Source of the DNA: a virus
DNA length: 64,000 nucleotides
Virus record (IMG/VR): IMGVR_UViG_3300027733_000049
Coordinates: 1-64,000 of that record
Strand: one strand, 5' to 3'
Made by a program: the position numbers and the translations under genes
Shown here: piece by piece, positions 1 to 8,892 of the stretch
How the letters are laid out: every line of letters begins with the position of its first letter
How positions within the stretch are numbered: the first letter of the stretch is position 1
The notes under the pieces: generated by a model
What the model was told of the DNA's origin: nothing
Seen by the model: the letters and a program-made list of their open reading frames with translations, nothing else
Database searches by the model: none

Positions 1-1
1 G

Positions 2-514
2 ATGCAAACAGACGTTAAACAAGGGCATTTAAACCAAAGTGGTTTTTTTGTTCTTGGACGAAATCGTGTTAAAGGCATTTCGTTTTTTGGTACTGGCACG
101 GATGGCACTGTCGTGTTGTTTGATACAGCTTCTGTTCCAGTAACTTCTAGCGTTACCTACGCTCGTTCTGGTACAACTGTAACGGTAACAAAAACTGCTC
201 ACGGCCTGTCTACGGGCAATGTTGTTGGTATTCACTTTGACAGCAATACAAGTCAGTCTGCAACAGATGGCAACTATGTTATCACTGTTGCTTCGTCAAG
301 CACATTTACGCTAACAGACATTAACACCGGAACAATCACTTCTACTGCGGCTTCGTATGTAAGTGGCGGTGGTCGTTGGTTGATGACTTACGAAATAGAC
401 AGTACTGATACTTTTAGTAATGCGCCTATTATTCCGGGTGAAGGAGTATTAGCTACTCAAGGCATTTATGCTTTGATGACCAATATTGACTCAACGCAGA
501 TTTACTATGGCTAA
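2..514 (+). CDS. Virion structural protein with an inserted E1-FCCH-like beta domain (homolog of 62688..62972)
   Basis: Shares MQTDVK...R.RV.G...IPGEGVL...G.Y...YG with 62688..62972. Extra segment TVTVTKTAHGLSTGNVV...YVITVASSSTFTL resembles FCCH-like inserts of virion proteins. May lack one N-terminal codon at the window edge. Confidence 0.6.
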   Translation: MQTDVKQGHLNQSGFFVLGRNRVKGISFFGTGTDGTVVLFDTASVPVTSSVTYARSGTTVTVTKTAHGLSTGNVVGIHFDSNTSQSATDGNYVITVASSSTFTLTDINTGTITSTAASYVSGGGRWLMTYEIDSTDTFSNAPIIPGEGVLATQGIYALMTNIDSTQIYYG

Positions 515-830
515 GTCACCAGCATGGCAGAGGAAAGAGGGCAAATCCGAGAAGGGCGGCTTGAACGCCAAGGGGCGAGCCTCGTACAATGCGGCCAACC
601 CCGGGAAACCCGGATTGAAACGTCCTCAACCCGAGGGCGGCTCACGGCGCGACTCCTTTTGCGCCCGCATGGAAGGCATGAAGAAGAAGCTAACCAGCGC
701 AAAGACTGCCAACGACCCGGATTCACGGATCAACAAGTCTTTGAGGGTTTGGAACTGTAAGGATGGGGGCTATGTAACTGCGGCTGATGGCTGCGCTACA
801 AAAGGTAAGACAAAAGGGCGGATGGTGTGA
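507..830 (+). CDS. Small basic virion-associated protein (MAKSPAWQRKEGK family)
   Basis: Start refined to ATG 507 by homology with 62965..63279; motif RRDSFCARM. Confidence 0.7.
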   Translation: MAKSPAWQRKEGKSEKGGLNAKGRASYNAANPGKPGLKRPQPEGGSRRDSFCARMEGMKKKLTSAKTANDPDSRINKSLRVWNCKDGGYVTAADGCATKGKTKGRMV

Positions 831-1036
831 AACAAGAAAACGTTGAAACCATAAAGCATGTAGCGGATGGTGTAGCCGCTGTTACGGCTATTGGTACGGT
901 AATGCAACTACTTCCTGCGGTTGCCGCACTATTCACAATTGTGTGGACAGGCATGCGAATCGCCGAAATGATCGCGGGTAAACCCTTTGCTGAAATAATC
1001 CGCAGGAAGAAGGCAGACGATGCCATCGACAAGTAA
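827..1036 (+). CDS. Small two-TM holin-like membrane protein
   Basis: 69 aa, two hydrophobic segments and a basic C-terminus; homolog at 63276..63473. Confidence 0.5.
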   Translation: MKQENVETIKHVADGVAAVTAIGTVMQLLPAVAALFTIVWTGMRIAEMIAGKPFAEIIRRKKADDAIDK

Positions 1037-1436
1037 AAAACAACACAACTTCATGGCAGCAATTGCGAATAACCCCGCGTTTGCCAAGAAAGTTGGAATA
1101 CCGCAAAACGTTGGTAAAGATTTTACTGACGCTGACAAAGGTAAGAAGTTTGGTTCTGGCGGAGCAACCCGTCCAGATGTTCAGAAGGTGAATAAGTCTA
1201 AAACCGATCACGGAAAAATGGCTTTTTTTAAAGAAGGTGGTAATACTATGGCTTCCAAAATGAATCCCGGATTTATGGCAATGATGGCTAAGAAAAAAGC
1301 CGGAGCTAAAGCAGAAATGCCAATGAAAAAGATGGCCGGTGGCGGTTCTGCTTCTAAACGTGCTGACGGTGTTGCTACAAAAGGCAAGACCAAAGGCACA
1401 ATGATTGCCATGAAATACGGCGGCAAAGCCTGCTAA
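1020..1436 (+). CDS. Lys/Met/Gly-rich basic virion protein with xxxGG motifs
   Basis: Overlapping start/stop chain; homolog starts at 63457. Confidence 0.65.
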   Translation: MPSTSKKQHNFMAAIANNPAFAKKVGIPQNVGKDFTDADKGKKFGSGGATRPDVQKVNKSKTDHGKMAFFKEGGNTMASKMNPGFMAMMAKKKAGAKAEMPMKKMAGGGSASKRADGVATKGKTKGTMIAMKYGGKAC

Positions 1437-1440
1437 CACC

Positions 1441-1716
1441 ATGATGGCCAGCCGTGGAATGGGGGACATCTCCCCCTCTAAAATGCCCAAGGGCGTCAAG
1501 AAAGCCCGGCGGGACAACACTGACTTTACCCAGTATAAAGAGGGTGGGAAAGTCAACGCCGCTGGCAATTACACAAAGCCCAGTCTTCGCAAGAAGATTG
1601 TGTCTCAAGTAAAGTCAGCAGCAACGCAGGGTACTGGTGCAGGTCAGTGGTCAGCGCGTAAAGCTCAGCTTGTTGCCAAGAAGTACAAGGCGGCAGGCGG
1701 GGGTTACCGAGATTGA
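1441..1716 (+). CDS. Small basic protein (GQWSARKAQL motif)
   Basis: Operon context; motif common in aquatic phage structural modules. Confidence 0.6.
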   Translation: MMASRGMGDISPSKMPKGVKKARRDNTDFTQYKEGGKVNAAGNYTKPSLRKKIVSQVKSAATQGTGAGQWSARKAQLVAKKYKAAGGGYRD

Positions 1717-1946
1717 AAGCGCCTCAGAAATCATTGAAGGACTGGGGCGACCAAAAGTGGAGAACCAAAAGTGGTAAAAAATCTTCTGACACTGGTGAAA
1801 GATACCTTCCAAGCGCTGCGATCAAAAGTCTCAGCGCTAGTGAGTACGCTGCGACGACCAAAGCCAAGCGAGCCGGAAAAGCCGCAGGCAAACAATTCGT
1901 AGCACAACCCAAAACGATTGCAAAGAAAACGGCAGGATTTAGATGA
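1713..1946 (+). CDS. Small basic protein (QKW...TGERYLP motif)
   Basis: 4-bp overlaps with both neighbours. Confidence 0.6.
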   Translation: MKAPQKSLKDWGDQKWRTKSGKKSSDTGERYLPSAAIKSLSASEYAATTKAKRAGKAAGKQFVAQPKTIAKKTAGFR

Positions 1947-2863
1947 CTACTTCTGGAGTTGCAGCGTTTAATCTTGACCTCACAGAGATTGTTGAGGAAG
2001 CGTTTGAACGCGCCGGTTCCGAGATGCGTACAGGCTACGACCTGCGTACCGCCCGTCGTTCATTGAATCTTCTCTTTGCAGACTGGGCAAACCGCGGTAT
2101 CAACATGTGGACATTTGAGCAGGGGACAATTAACCTGACTCCGGGACTGAACACCTATGCCATACCCGTAGACACGGTGGATTTACTTGAGCATGTCATT
2201 CGCACGGGCGCGGGTAGCGCATCCACGCAAGCTGACTTAACAATCACGCGTATTAGTGTTTCTACTTATGCCACGATCCCCAACAAACTGCAACAAGCCA
2301 GACCCATTCAAGTGTGGTTTCAGCGTTTAGATGGCCAGACTTCTTCAATCGGCACCACGCTTAACGGCGGGATTACAGCCACAGACACAACAATCACACT
2401 AACTTCCGTTGCCGGACTTTCAGCTACAGGGTTCTTGTTGGTTGAGTCCGAGACTATCCAGTATGGCTACATCTCTGGCAACGTGCTTTATAACTGCTTC
2501 CGTGGGCAGAACGGCACAACTGCGGCGGCGCATTTAACTGGCGTAGCTGTATACACGCAGAATCTGCCTTCTGTAACCCTCTGGCCAACCCCCGACAACA
2601 GCGTAACGTATCAGTTTGTTTACTGGCGCATGCGCCGAATTGATGATGCTGGTGGGGGTGTACGTACGATGGACGTGCCTTTCCGTTTCCTGCCCTGTTT
2701 GGTGGCAGGGCTTGCGTACTATCTTGCGCTTAAGGTAGAGAATGGTACGCAACGTTTAGATATTCTTAAAGCTCAGTACGACGAAGCTTGGCAAAATGCG
2801 GCGGGTGAAGATCAAGAACATGCGGCTTTGCGGTTTGTTCCACGTCAGATGTACATAAACTAG
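1943..2863 (+). CDS. Putative head-tail adaptor / tail tubular protein with inserted beta domain
   Basis: N-terminal IVEEAFERAG...ARRSLNLLFADWANRG, C-terminal FLPCLVAGLAYYLA; position in the structural operon. Confidence 0.55.
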   Translation: MTTSGVAAFNLDLTEIVEEAFERAGSEMRTGYDLRTARRSLNLLFADWANRGINMWTFEQGTINLTPGLNTYAIPVDTVDLLEHVIRTGAGSASTQADLTITRISVSTYATIPNKLQQARPIQVWFQRLDGQTSSIGTTLNGGITATDTTITLTSVAGLSATGFLLVESETIQYGYISGNVLYNCFRGQNGTTAAAHLTGVAVYTQNLPSVTLWPTPDNSVTYQFVYWRMRRIDDAGGGVRTMDVPFRFLPCLVAGLAYYLALKVENGTQRLDILKAQYDEAWQNAAGEDQEHAALRFVPRQMYIN

Positions 2864-2873
2864 CGGTACATAA

Positions 2874-3257
2874 ATGGGCAATCGCTTTGCATCCGGTAAG
2901 AACAGTATCGCCATGTGCGATAGGTGTGGCCAACAGTTTAAATTAACGGCTTTGAAAAAAGAAGTTATCAAGACAAAGCTTTACAATTTGATGGTGTGTG
3001 ATACGTGTTGGGATCCAGATCAGCCGCAGTTGCAGTTGGGTATGTACCCAGTGGATGATCCGCAAGCTGTGCGTAACCCACGCAAGGACACAACGTACGT
3101 CACGGCAGGTGTAAATGCTAGTGGCAGTTTGACTGGCGGTTCGCGGGATGTTCAGTGGGGATGGTCGCCCGTTGGTGGGTCGAGTAATTTTGATGTGAGT
3201 TTGACCCCCAACTACTTGGTGGCAACGACAAATGTTGGTACAGTTACAGTAAATTAA
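2874..3257 (+). CDS. Conserved phage protein with two CxxC motifs (Zn-binding)
   Basis: CDRC and CDTC. Confidence 0.6.
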   Translation: MGNRFASGKNSIAMCDRCGQQFKLTALKKEVIKTKLYNLMVCDTCWDPDQPQLQLGMYPVDDPQAVRNPRKDTTYVTAGVNASGSLTGGSRDVQWGWSPVGGSSNFDVSLTPNYLVATTNVGTVTVN

Positions 3258-3268
3258 AGGAGTCTAGT

Positions 3269-3445
3269 ATGGACAAGAAAGATTTAGCCCAAGACAAGAA
3301 GATGATTGGCAGCATGGTTAACAAGCATGAAAGAAAAATGCACCCCGGTAAGCCTGTGACTAAGTTTGCCAAGGGCGGTAAGACCAACGAGATGATGCTT
3401 CAGTATGGCCGTGGTATGGCCAAAGTTACAAATCAGGGGAAATAA
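3269..3445 (+). CDS. 58-aa basic protein with FAKGG motif (absent from ORF track)
   Basis: SD AAGGAG at ~3257; translated by hand MDKKDLAQDKKMIG...FAKGG...NQGK*. Confidence 0.65.
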   Translation: MDKKDLAQDKKMIGSMVNKHERKMHPGKPVTKFAKGGKTNEMMLQYGRGMAKVTNQGK

Positions 3446-3446
3446 C

Positions 3447-3692
3447 ATGGCCAAGGTTAACAATCTACCCGCTTCTGCGTACGCCAAGCCCCACACCATG
3501 AGTGGTGTGCCTGTTGTTGCGTCTACAAATCCCGGCAGTCCCCCAAACCGCAGTAAAGCCGACACCGTTAATATGTCTATTGGTAACATCAGCAAGGCTG
3601 CTGGTAACGAAACCACTAAGACATCCGGTATTGTTACCCGTGGTAACGGCGCGGCTACCAAAGGCATTACGGCTAGAGGCCCGATGGCATGA
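3447..3692 (+). CDS. Small virion protein ending RG.GAATKG..ARGPMA
   Basis: Start refined to ATG 3447; shares a G.ATKG motif with the 507 and 1020 proteins. Confidence 0.6.
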   Translation: MAKVNNLPASAYAKPHTMSGVPVVASTNPGSPPNRSKADTVNMSIGNISKAAGNETTKTSGIVTRGNGAATKGITARGPMA

Positions 3693-4348
3693 ATTACACC
3701 GCACTCAGCAACGCGATCCAAGCGTACACGGAGAACACGGAAACAAATTTCGTGGCTAATATCCCCGTGTTCGTTACGCAGGCTGAAGAGCGTATATTTA
3801 ATTCGGTACAGTTTCCGTCGCTTCGCCAAAATGTAACGGGGTCAATGACTACAAATAATAAGTACTTGCAGTGCCCCACGGATTTCTTAGCGGTGTATTC
3901 TTTGGCTGTTATTAACGCCAGTGGTGAGTACGAGTACTTGTTGAACAAAGATGTTAACTTCATCCGGCAGGCGTATCCACAGCCCACAGACACAGGGATC
4001 CCTAAGTACTACGCACTGTTTGGCCCACGTTCAGATAACGCAGCCGAGTTGACTTTTATTCTCGGCCCTACGCCAGATGCGGGATACAGTTCTGAGCTTC
4101 ATTATTTCTTCTACCCACCAAGCATTACGGTTTCTCCCTACACTTCATGGCTGGGTGATAACTTTGACCCCGTGCTCTTGTACGCATCTTTGGTTGAGGC
4201 TTACACCTACATGAAGGGTGAGCCGGACATGATGACGCTATACAACCAGAAGTTCATGGAAGCTCTTGCGTTGGCTAAACGTTTGGGTGATGGTATGGAG
4301 CGTCAAGACGCTTATCGTTCTGGTCAGTTCCGTCAGAAGGTAACTTGA
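3689..4348 (+). CDS. Putative head-tail adaptor protein
   Basis: MNY..L..AIQAYTEN...AEERI, G.PKYYA, LLYASLVEAY motifs typical of adaptor proteins. Confidence 0.55.
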   Translation: MNYTALSNAIQAYTENTETNFVANIPVFVTQAEERIFNSVQFPSLRQNVTGSMTTNNKYLQCPTDFLAVYSLAVINASGEYEYLLNKDVNFIRQAYPQPTDTGIPKYYALFGPRSDNAAELTFILGPTPDAGYSSELHYFFYPPSITVSPYTSWLGDNFDPVLLYASLVEAYTYMKGEPDMMTLYNQKFMEALALAKRLGDGMERQDAYRSGQFRQKVT

Positions 4349-4349
4349 T

Positions 4350-4769
4350 ATGTCGATTATTCAGACCCAGACTACCAGTTTTAAGGCAGAGCTTTATCAA
4401 GGTATACACGACTTAACGACTGACGTTATCAAGATTGCTCTGTACACAGCCAGCGCGGATTTAAATGAAACAACAACTGCGTACAGCGCGACCAATGAAG
4501 TAGCTAATACAGGTACTTATTCTGCTGGCGGGGCGACACTAACACCCATCACGGTATCATCTTCAGGGTACACGGCCTATGTGGGCTTCCCGAACATCTC
4601 TTGGACAGGCGCAATTACCGCAAGATGTGCGTTGATTTATAACTCTAGCCAAGGTAACAAATCTGTGGCTGTATTAGACTTTGGGTCTGACAAAACATCT
4701 ACCGTTACATTTACAATCACCATGCCAGCCAACACCGCTACGGCGGCTCTTATTAGGAGTTCAAATTGA
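4350..4769 (+). CDS. Virion structural protein (paralog of 4961..5422)
   Basis: Shared TTSFK...KxALY...TTAYSATNEV..GTGY.AGG...LxYNS.Q.NK. Confidence 0.65.
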   Translation: MSIIQTQTTSFKAELYQGIHDLTTDVIKIALYTASADLNETTTAYSATNEVANTGTYSAGGATLTPITVSSSGYTAYVGFPNISWTGAITARCALIYNSSQGNKSVAVLDFGSDKTSTVTFTITMPANTATAALIRSSN

Positions 4770-4951
4770 TTACCACAACCAAAGGTGAAATGGACGAATC
4801 ATTGCTTGAAAAGCGTGAAGGTTCATTAGATAATGACAACGAAACTACCACATGGGTGGAGTATTGGTTAGAGGGTGAATTAGTTCACCGTTCGGTGCAC
4901 GTACAACTAAAACGTGCAGTTGTAAGTTTTGGTGAAACTGCTGAATTTTAA
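4766..4951 (+). CDS. Hypothetical protein
   Basis: Overlap-coupled 61-aa ORF with SD AGGAG. Confidence 0.55.
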   Translation: MITTTKGEMDESLLEKREGSLDNDNETTTWVEYWLEGELVHRSVHVQLKRAVVSFGETAEF

Positions 4952-4960
4952 GGAAATATC

Positions 4961-5422
4961 ATGGCAAATACACAAGCAATGACCACTTCATTCAAGGTGG
5001 ACTTATTTAACGCAGTTCATGCGTTTAATGCAACGGGCATTCCTGCCCACACAGTATCAACTGCTGACACGTTCAAAGCGGCTTTGTACATAACAACTGC
5101 TACGATGAACGCATCAACCACAGCCTACAGTGCAACTAATGAAGTGTCCGGTACAGGTTATACCGCTGGCGGTGTGACTGTGACGTTTGGTACAGCACCA
5201 AACAGTTCTGGAACAACATCGTTCTTAACGCCTTCAGCAAGTATTACCTACACCACAGTTACTTTATCAACTTCGTTTGATGCAATGCTTTTGTATAACT
5301 CTACTCAAAGTAATAAGGCTGTGGCTGTTTATACATTCACGGCTCAAACAGTTGCTGCTGGTACGTTTTCACTGACTATGCCAACTAACGATGCATCGAC
5401 CGGATTATTGCGAATTGCATAA
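4961..5422 (+). CDS. Virion structural protein (paralog of 4350..4769)
   Basis: See paralog; SD AAGGA. Confidence 0.65.
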   Translation: MANTQAMTTSFKVDLFNAVHAFNATGIPAHTVSTADTFKAALYITTATMNASTTAYSATNEVSGTGYTAGGVTVTFGTAPNSSGTTSFLTPSASITYTTVTLSTSFDAMLLYNSTQSNKAVAVYTFTAQTVAAGTFSLTMPTNDASTGLLRIA

Positions 5423-5432
5423 TTGTTAAGTC

Positions 5433-6455
5433 ATGTCCACAGCATGGGGCGCAGGTACATGGGGTAGTAATACTTGGGGTGGTCAACAAGAGGCGCTCAC
5501 AGGTGTATCAGCCACGGGCGCTATTGGAACAGTCGCCCTAGTAATTTCAATTGCGTTATCCGGCGTAGCAGGTACAGGTTCTGTTGGATCAGTTGGGGTT
5601 GCAGAAAGCGTCGCTCTTACTGGTGTAGCGGGTACAGGTTCTGTCGGAACAGTTATTGGCGGTACGACAGCAGATTTGACAGGGGTTAGTGCAACAGGTT
5701 CTGTTGGATCCGTTGGAGTTGCGGAAAGTGTTGCGTTATCTGGTGTAACGGCTACTGGGTCGGCAGGTTCAGTTGGAGTTGCGGAAAGCGTTGCTCTTAC
5801 TGGTGTATCTGGTACAGGCGAAGTTGGAACAGTTGTTTACAGCTTATCAGCAGCTATATCTGGAGTGTCTGGTACAGGTTCTGTTGGATCGGTTGGAATT
5901 GAGGAGAGCGTTGCTCTTACGGGGGTATCTGCTACAGGTCAAGTAGGCACTGAAGGGGTTGCGGAAAGTGTTGCTCTTACTGGTGTATCGGGTACAGGCG
6001 AAATTGGTAGTTTTGGTATTGCAAGAAGCATTACTGGCGTTAGTGCAACTGGTGCGGTTGGATCGGTTGACGGTCAGTTTGTAGCCGGGTTATCTGGGGT
6101 TAGCGCTACTGGCGCGGTTGGATCATTTGGTATTGCACAATCGTTGTCGGGTGTCCAAGCCACAGGTACAGCAGGCAGTGTGGGTGTTGGTGTAGCGCTT
6201 ACGGGTGTGTCAGGCACGGGTCAAGTTGGTACTGAAGAAGTTTCAGAGAGCATTGCACTAAGTGGTGTCAGTGCTACAGGTGCAATAGGTTCTTTTGGAA
6301 TTAGCCTCAGTCTTTCAGGAGTTTCAGCAACCGGACAAGTTGGATCAATCTCGCAAGCATTTGCTTGGAGTGTAATAGATGACACGCAGACTGCAAACTG
6401 GCAGAATATCGGTAACACGCAAACAGCAGCTTGGACTGCTGTTGCAACGACTTAG
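5433..6455 (+). CDS. Gly/Val/Ser/Thr repeat fibre-like protein
   Basis: Roughly 15 tandem 17-19 aa units of VALTGVSATGSVGSVGVAES type; WG-rich N-terminus and W-rich C-terminus. Confidence 0.7.
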   Translation: MSTAWGAGTWGSNTWGGQQEALTGVSATGAIGTVALVISIALSGVAGTGSVGSVGVAESVALTGVAGTGSVGTVIGGTTADLTGVSATGSVGSVGVAESVALSGVTATGSAGSVGVAESVALTGVSGTGEVGTVVYSLSAAISGVSGTGSVGSVGIEESVALTGVSATGQVGTEGVAESVALTGVSGTGEIGSFGIARSITGVSATGAVGSVDGQFVAGLSGVSATGAVGSFGIAQSLSGVQATGTAGSVGVGVALTGVSGTGQVGTEEVSESIALSGVSATGAIGSFGISLSLSGVSATGQVGSISQAFAWSVIDDTQTANWQNIGNTQTAAWTAVATT

Positions 6456-6465
6456 GAGCATTTAA

Positions 6466-7278
6466 ATGGCAGCAACGACGACTCTCTTGGGTTTACTCAC
6501 CCCCACACAAGGAACGCTTTCTGGTACGTGGGGCGACTCAGTCAACTACGGTATTTCTGACTACGTTGACATTGCCATTGCTGGCACATTATCTTTTGCA
6601 GGTGATGGCGCTATTACTCTGGCAAACACTACGGGTAGCTCGTCAGGAAACGCAATAACTTCCACCACAGCGCAGTACATGGTGATTCGCATTACGGGTA
6701 CACAAACTGTTACCAAGGTTATTACTGGCCCTAGTTACAGCAAGCTGTACATGGTGGATCACGCAGGCGCTACTAGCGCAGTAACATTTAAAGCTTCCGG
6801 TCAAACAGGTGTATCTATAGCAGTTGGCGAAAAAGCGTTTGTGTATTACAACGGCACAGATTATGTCAAAGTAGCCACCAGCACGGGTACAGGGTCGGTT
6901 ACAAGCGTGGCGGCCTCAGTACCAAGCATATTTAGCATTGCAGGTAGCCCAATTACTACATCTGGCACATTGGCAATGACGTACTCTGGAACTGCTTTAC
7001 CAGTAGCCAATGGCGGTACAGGTTTAACATCAGGAACTTCTGGTGGTATTTTAGCCTACACAGCCGCTGGCACATTGGCATCGTCTGGTGTGTTGGCACA
7101 GTACGGGGTTGTCATTGGTGGCGGTGCAGGGGCTGTTCCAACGTCAACTGCTGTAGGTACTGCCACTCATGTGTTAACTTCAAACGGCGCTGGAGTTGCA
7201 CCTACCTTTCAAGCACCGGCAGCTTCTGGTTTATCCAGAGCGCAAGTTACTACAATTTCTTTAGTTTTTGGTTTTTAA
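6466..7278 (+). CDS. Tail fibre / fibre-attachment protein
   Basis: GTWG..VN anchor; fibre motifs LPVANGGTG and VLTSNGAGVAPTFQ. Confidence 0.6.
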   Translation: MAATTTLLGLLTPTQGTLSGTWGDSVNYGISDYVDIAIAGTLSFAGDGAITLANTTGSSSGNAITSTTAQYMVIRITGTQTVTKVITGPSYSKLYMVDHAGATSAVTFKASGQTGVSIAVGEKAFVYYNGTDYVKVATSTGTGSVTSVAASVPSIFSIAGSPITTSGTLAMTYSGTALPVANGGTGLTSGTSGGILAYTAAGTLASSGVLAQYGVVIGGGAGAVPTSTAVGTATHVLTSNGAGVAPTFQAPAASGLSRAQVTTISLVFGF

Positions 7279-7287
7279 GGAACAATC

Positions 7288-7674
7288 ATGGCCGCACCAA
7301 ATATTCTTGCTTGCACAACAGCAACACCTCACACAGTTTCTATCACCCCTGCGGATACTTCACGTAACGCTTTGGTGACTGCGCCAGCTTCTGGCTCTGC
7401 GCAGAAGATTAACCAGATCATGGTGTCTAACATTGACGGCACTAACGCGGTCGATGCAACTGTTGAGTTGCGTTTGGCTGATGGTACAACTTACCGCGCT
7501 CTTGGCTCCACAATCTCTGTGCCAGCCGATGCCACGTTGATTATTCTGGATAAGACTACAATGCTTTATTTGCTAGACACCAGCGTAACTGGCGAAGCAA
7601 GTACATTGTGGGCAACCAGCGGTACAACAAGTAAGTTGACTTTTACAGCAAGCTACGAAACCCTTACACCATAA
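7288..7674 (+). CDS. Virion structural protein (beta-sandwich)
   Basis: APNI...V.NIDGTN...ISVPADATL motif. Confidence 0.55.
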   Translation: MAAPNILACTTATPHTVSITPADTSRNALVTAPASGSAQKINQIMVSNIDGTNAVDATVELRLADGTTYRALGSTISVPADATLIILDKTTMLYLLDTSVTGEASTLWATSGTTSKLTFTASYETLTP

Positions 7675-7686
7675 AAGGGGGGCATC

Positions 7687-8892
7687 ATGCCACTACGTCC
7701 TCCTGCTGGGTTTATCTCAGCTTTTTTTGATCCGCTGAAGAATCCTAATGCGCCTACGATTGGTACGGCCACAGGTGGTAATGCTACTGCGTCTGTTGCT
7801 TTTACAGCGCCAGCTAACGTGGGCGGTTCTGCAATCACGGCTTATTATGCTGTTTCCAATCCTGACCAAATTACAACCAGCGGAACATCATCTCCAATTA
7901 CTGCTACGGGATTAGTAAATAACACAGCTTACACATTCAATGTGTGGGCTTTAAACAGTTACGGCCCCGGGGTGTGGAGTGCCGCAAGTAATAGTGTGAC
8001 GCCTTCTGTTCCAACTCGAGCATTGTTTGCTGGTGGTGGACAACCTAGAATTAACAACATTACCTACATCACTGTTGAAACGACAGGAAACACTACAGAT
8101 TTTGGCATACTACAAGATACCAATTTTCAGTTAATGTCTTGCGCATCTACAACACGAGGCATATTTGCTGGCGGTAATGCTAATAATGGACAAACAAACG
8201 CAATTAGATACGTAACAATTGCCACAACAGGTAACACTACCGTTTTTGGTGCATTGGGAAATAATAATGTAATTGCGGCAGGCGCGGTTGCAAACTCCAC
8301 TCGTGGTGTATTTACTGGCGGAAAACAGGCGGCTTCTTTTCTGTCCGCCATGACTTATATAACTATTGCAACAACTGGGGACTCAACAACCTTTGGTAAT
8401 TTGTCAACAACAACCGCATTCTGTGCTAGTTGCTCTTCTCCAACAAGAGGTGTAATTGGTGGCGGTGAAAACGGTAGTAGACTTTCAAGCATCAGTTACA
8501 TTACGATTGCCACAACAGGAAATTCAACATCTTTTGGTAATTTGCTTGATCTTTATTCAGTTATTGCTGGGTGTTCATCTTCCACACGAGGCGTTTTTGG
8601 TGGTGGTCAAACAACAGCGCTTGGAACTGTTAATACAATTCAGTACATCACAATTGCCTCAACAGGAAACTCAACTACTTTTGGGGATTTAATAAACCCA
8701 ACAAATGCTATGTCAGGAACTTCTTCAAATGTACGGGGTGTTTTTTCTGGCGGTTATGTTAGTGGACTTTATAGTAATCAAATTTCATACGTTACCATTG
8801 CATCTACAGGAAACGCGGCATCTTTTGGACAGTTAGCAGTAGAAGTTGCAGATAACACAGCAACATCAAATAATTCTGGGGGGCTTCAATAA
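7687..8892 (+). CDS. Kelch-like repeat protein 1 with N-terminal fibronectin type III domain
   Basis: FN3: PNAPTIGTA...FTAPANVGGSAITAY...GLVNNTAYTFNVWALN; then repeats RGVFGGG..YITIATTGN..FG.L. Confidence 0.7.
   Translation: MPLRPPAGFISAFFDPLKNPNAPTIGTATGGNATASVAFTAPANVGGSAITAYYAVSNPDQITTSGTSSPITATGLVNNTAYTFNVWALNSYGPGVWSAASNSVTPSVPTRALFAGGGQPRINNITYITVETTGNTTDFGILQDTNFQLMSCASTTRGIFAGGNANNGQTNAIRYVTIATTGNTTVFGALGNNNVIAAGAVANSTRGVFTGGKQAASFLSAMTYITIATTGDSTTFGNLSTTTAFCASCSSPTRGVIGGGENGSRLSSISYITIATTGNSTSFGNLLDLYSVIAGCSSSTRGVFGGGQTTALGTVNTIQYITIASTGNSTTFGDLINPTNAMSGTSSNVRGVFSGGYVSGLYSNQISYVTIASTGNAASFGQLAVEVADNTATSNNSGGLQ

Noticed and set aside
933-1568. Long antisense ORFs (also 3284..3829, 18739..19149, 63385..63903 and similar)
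   Set aside because: Shadows of low-complexity or biased sense genes; no SD or recognisable motifs, and they oppose the operon direction.
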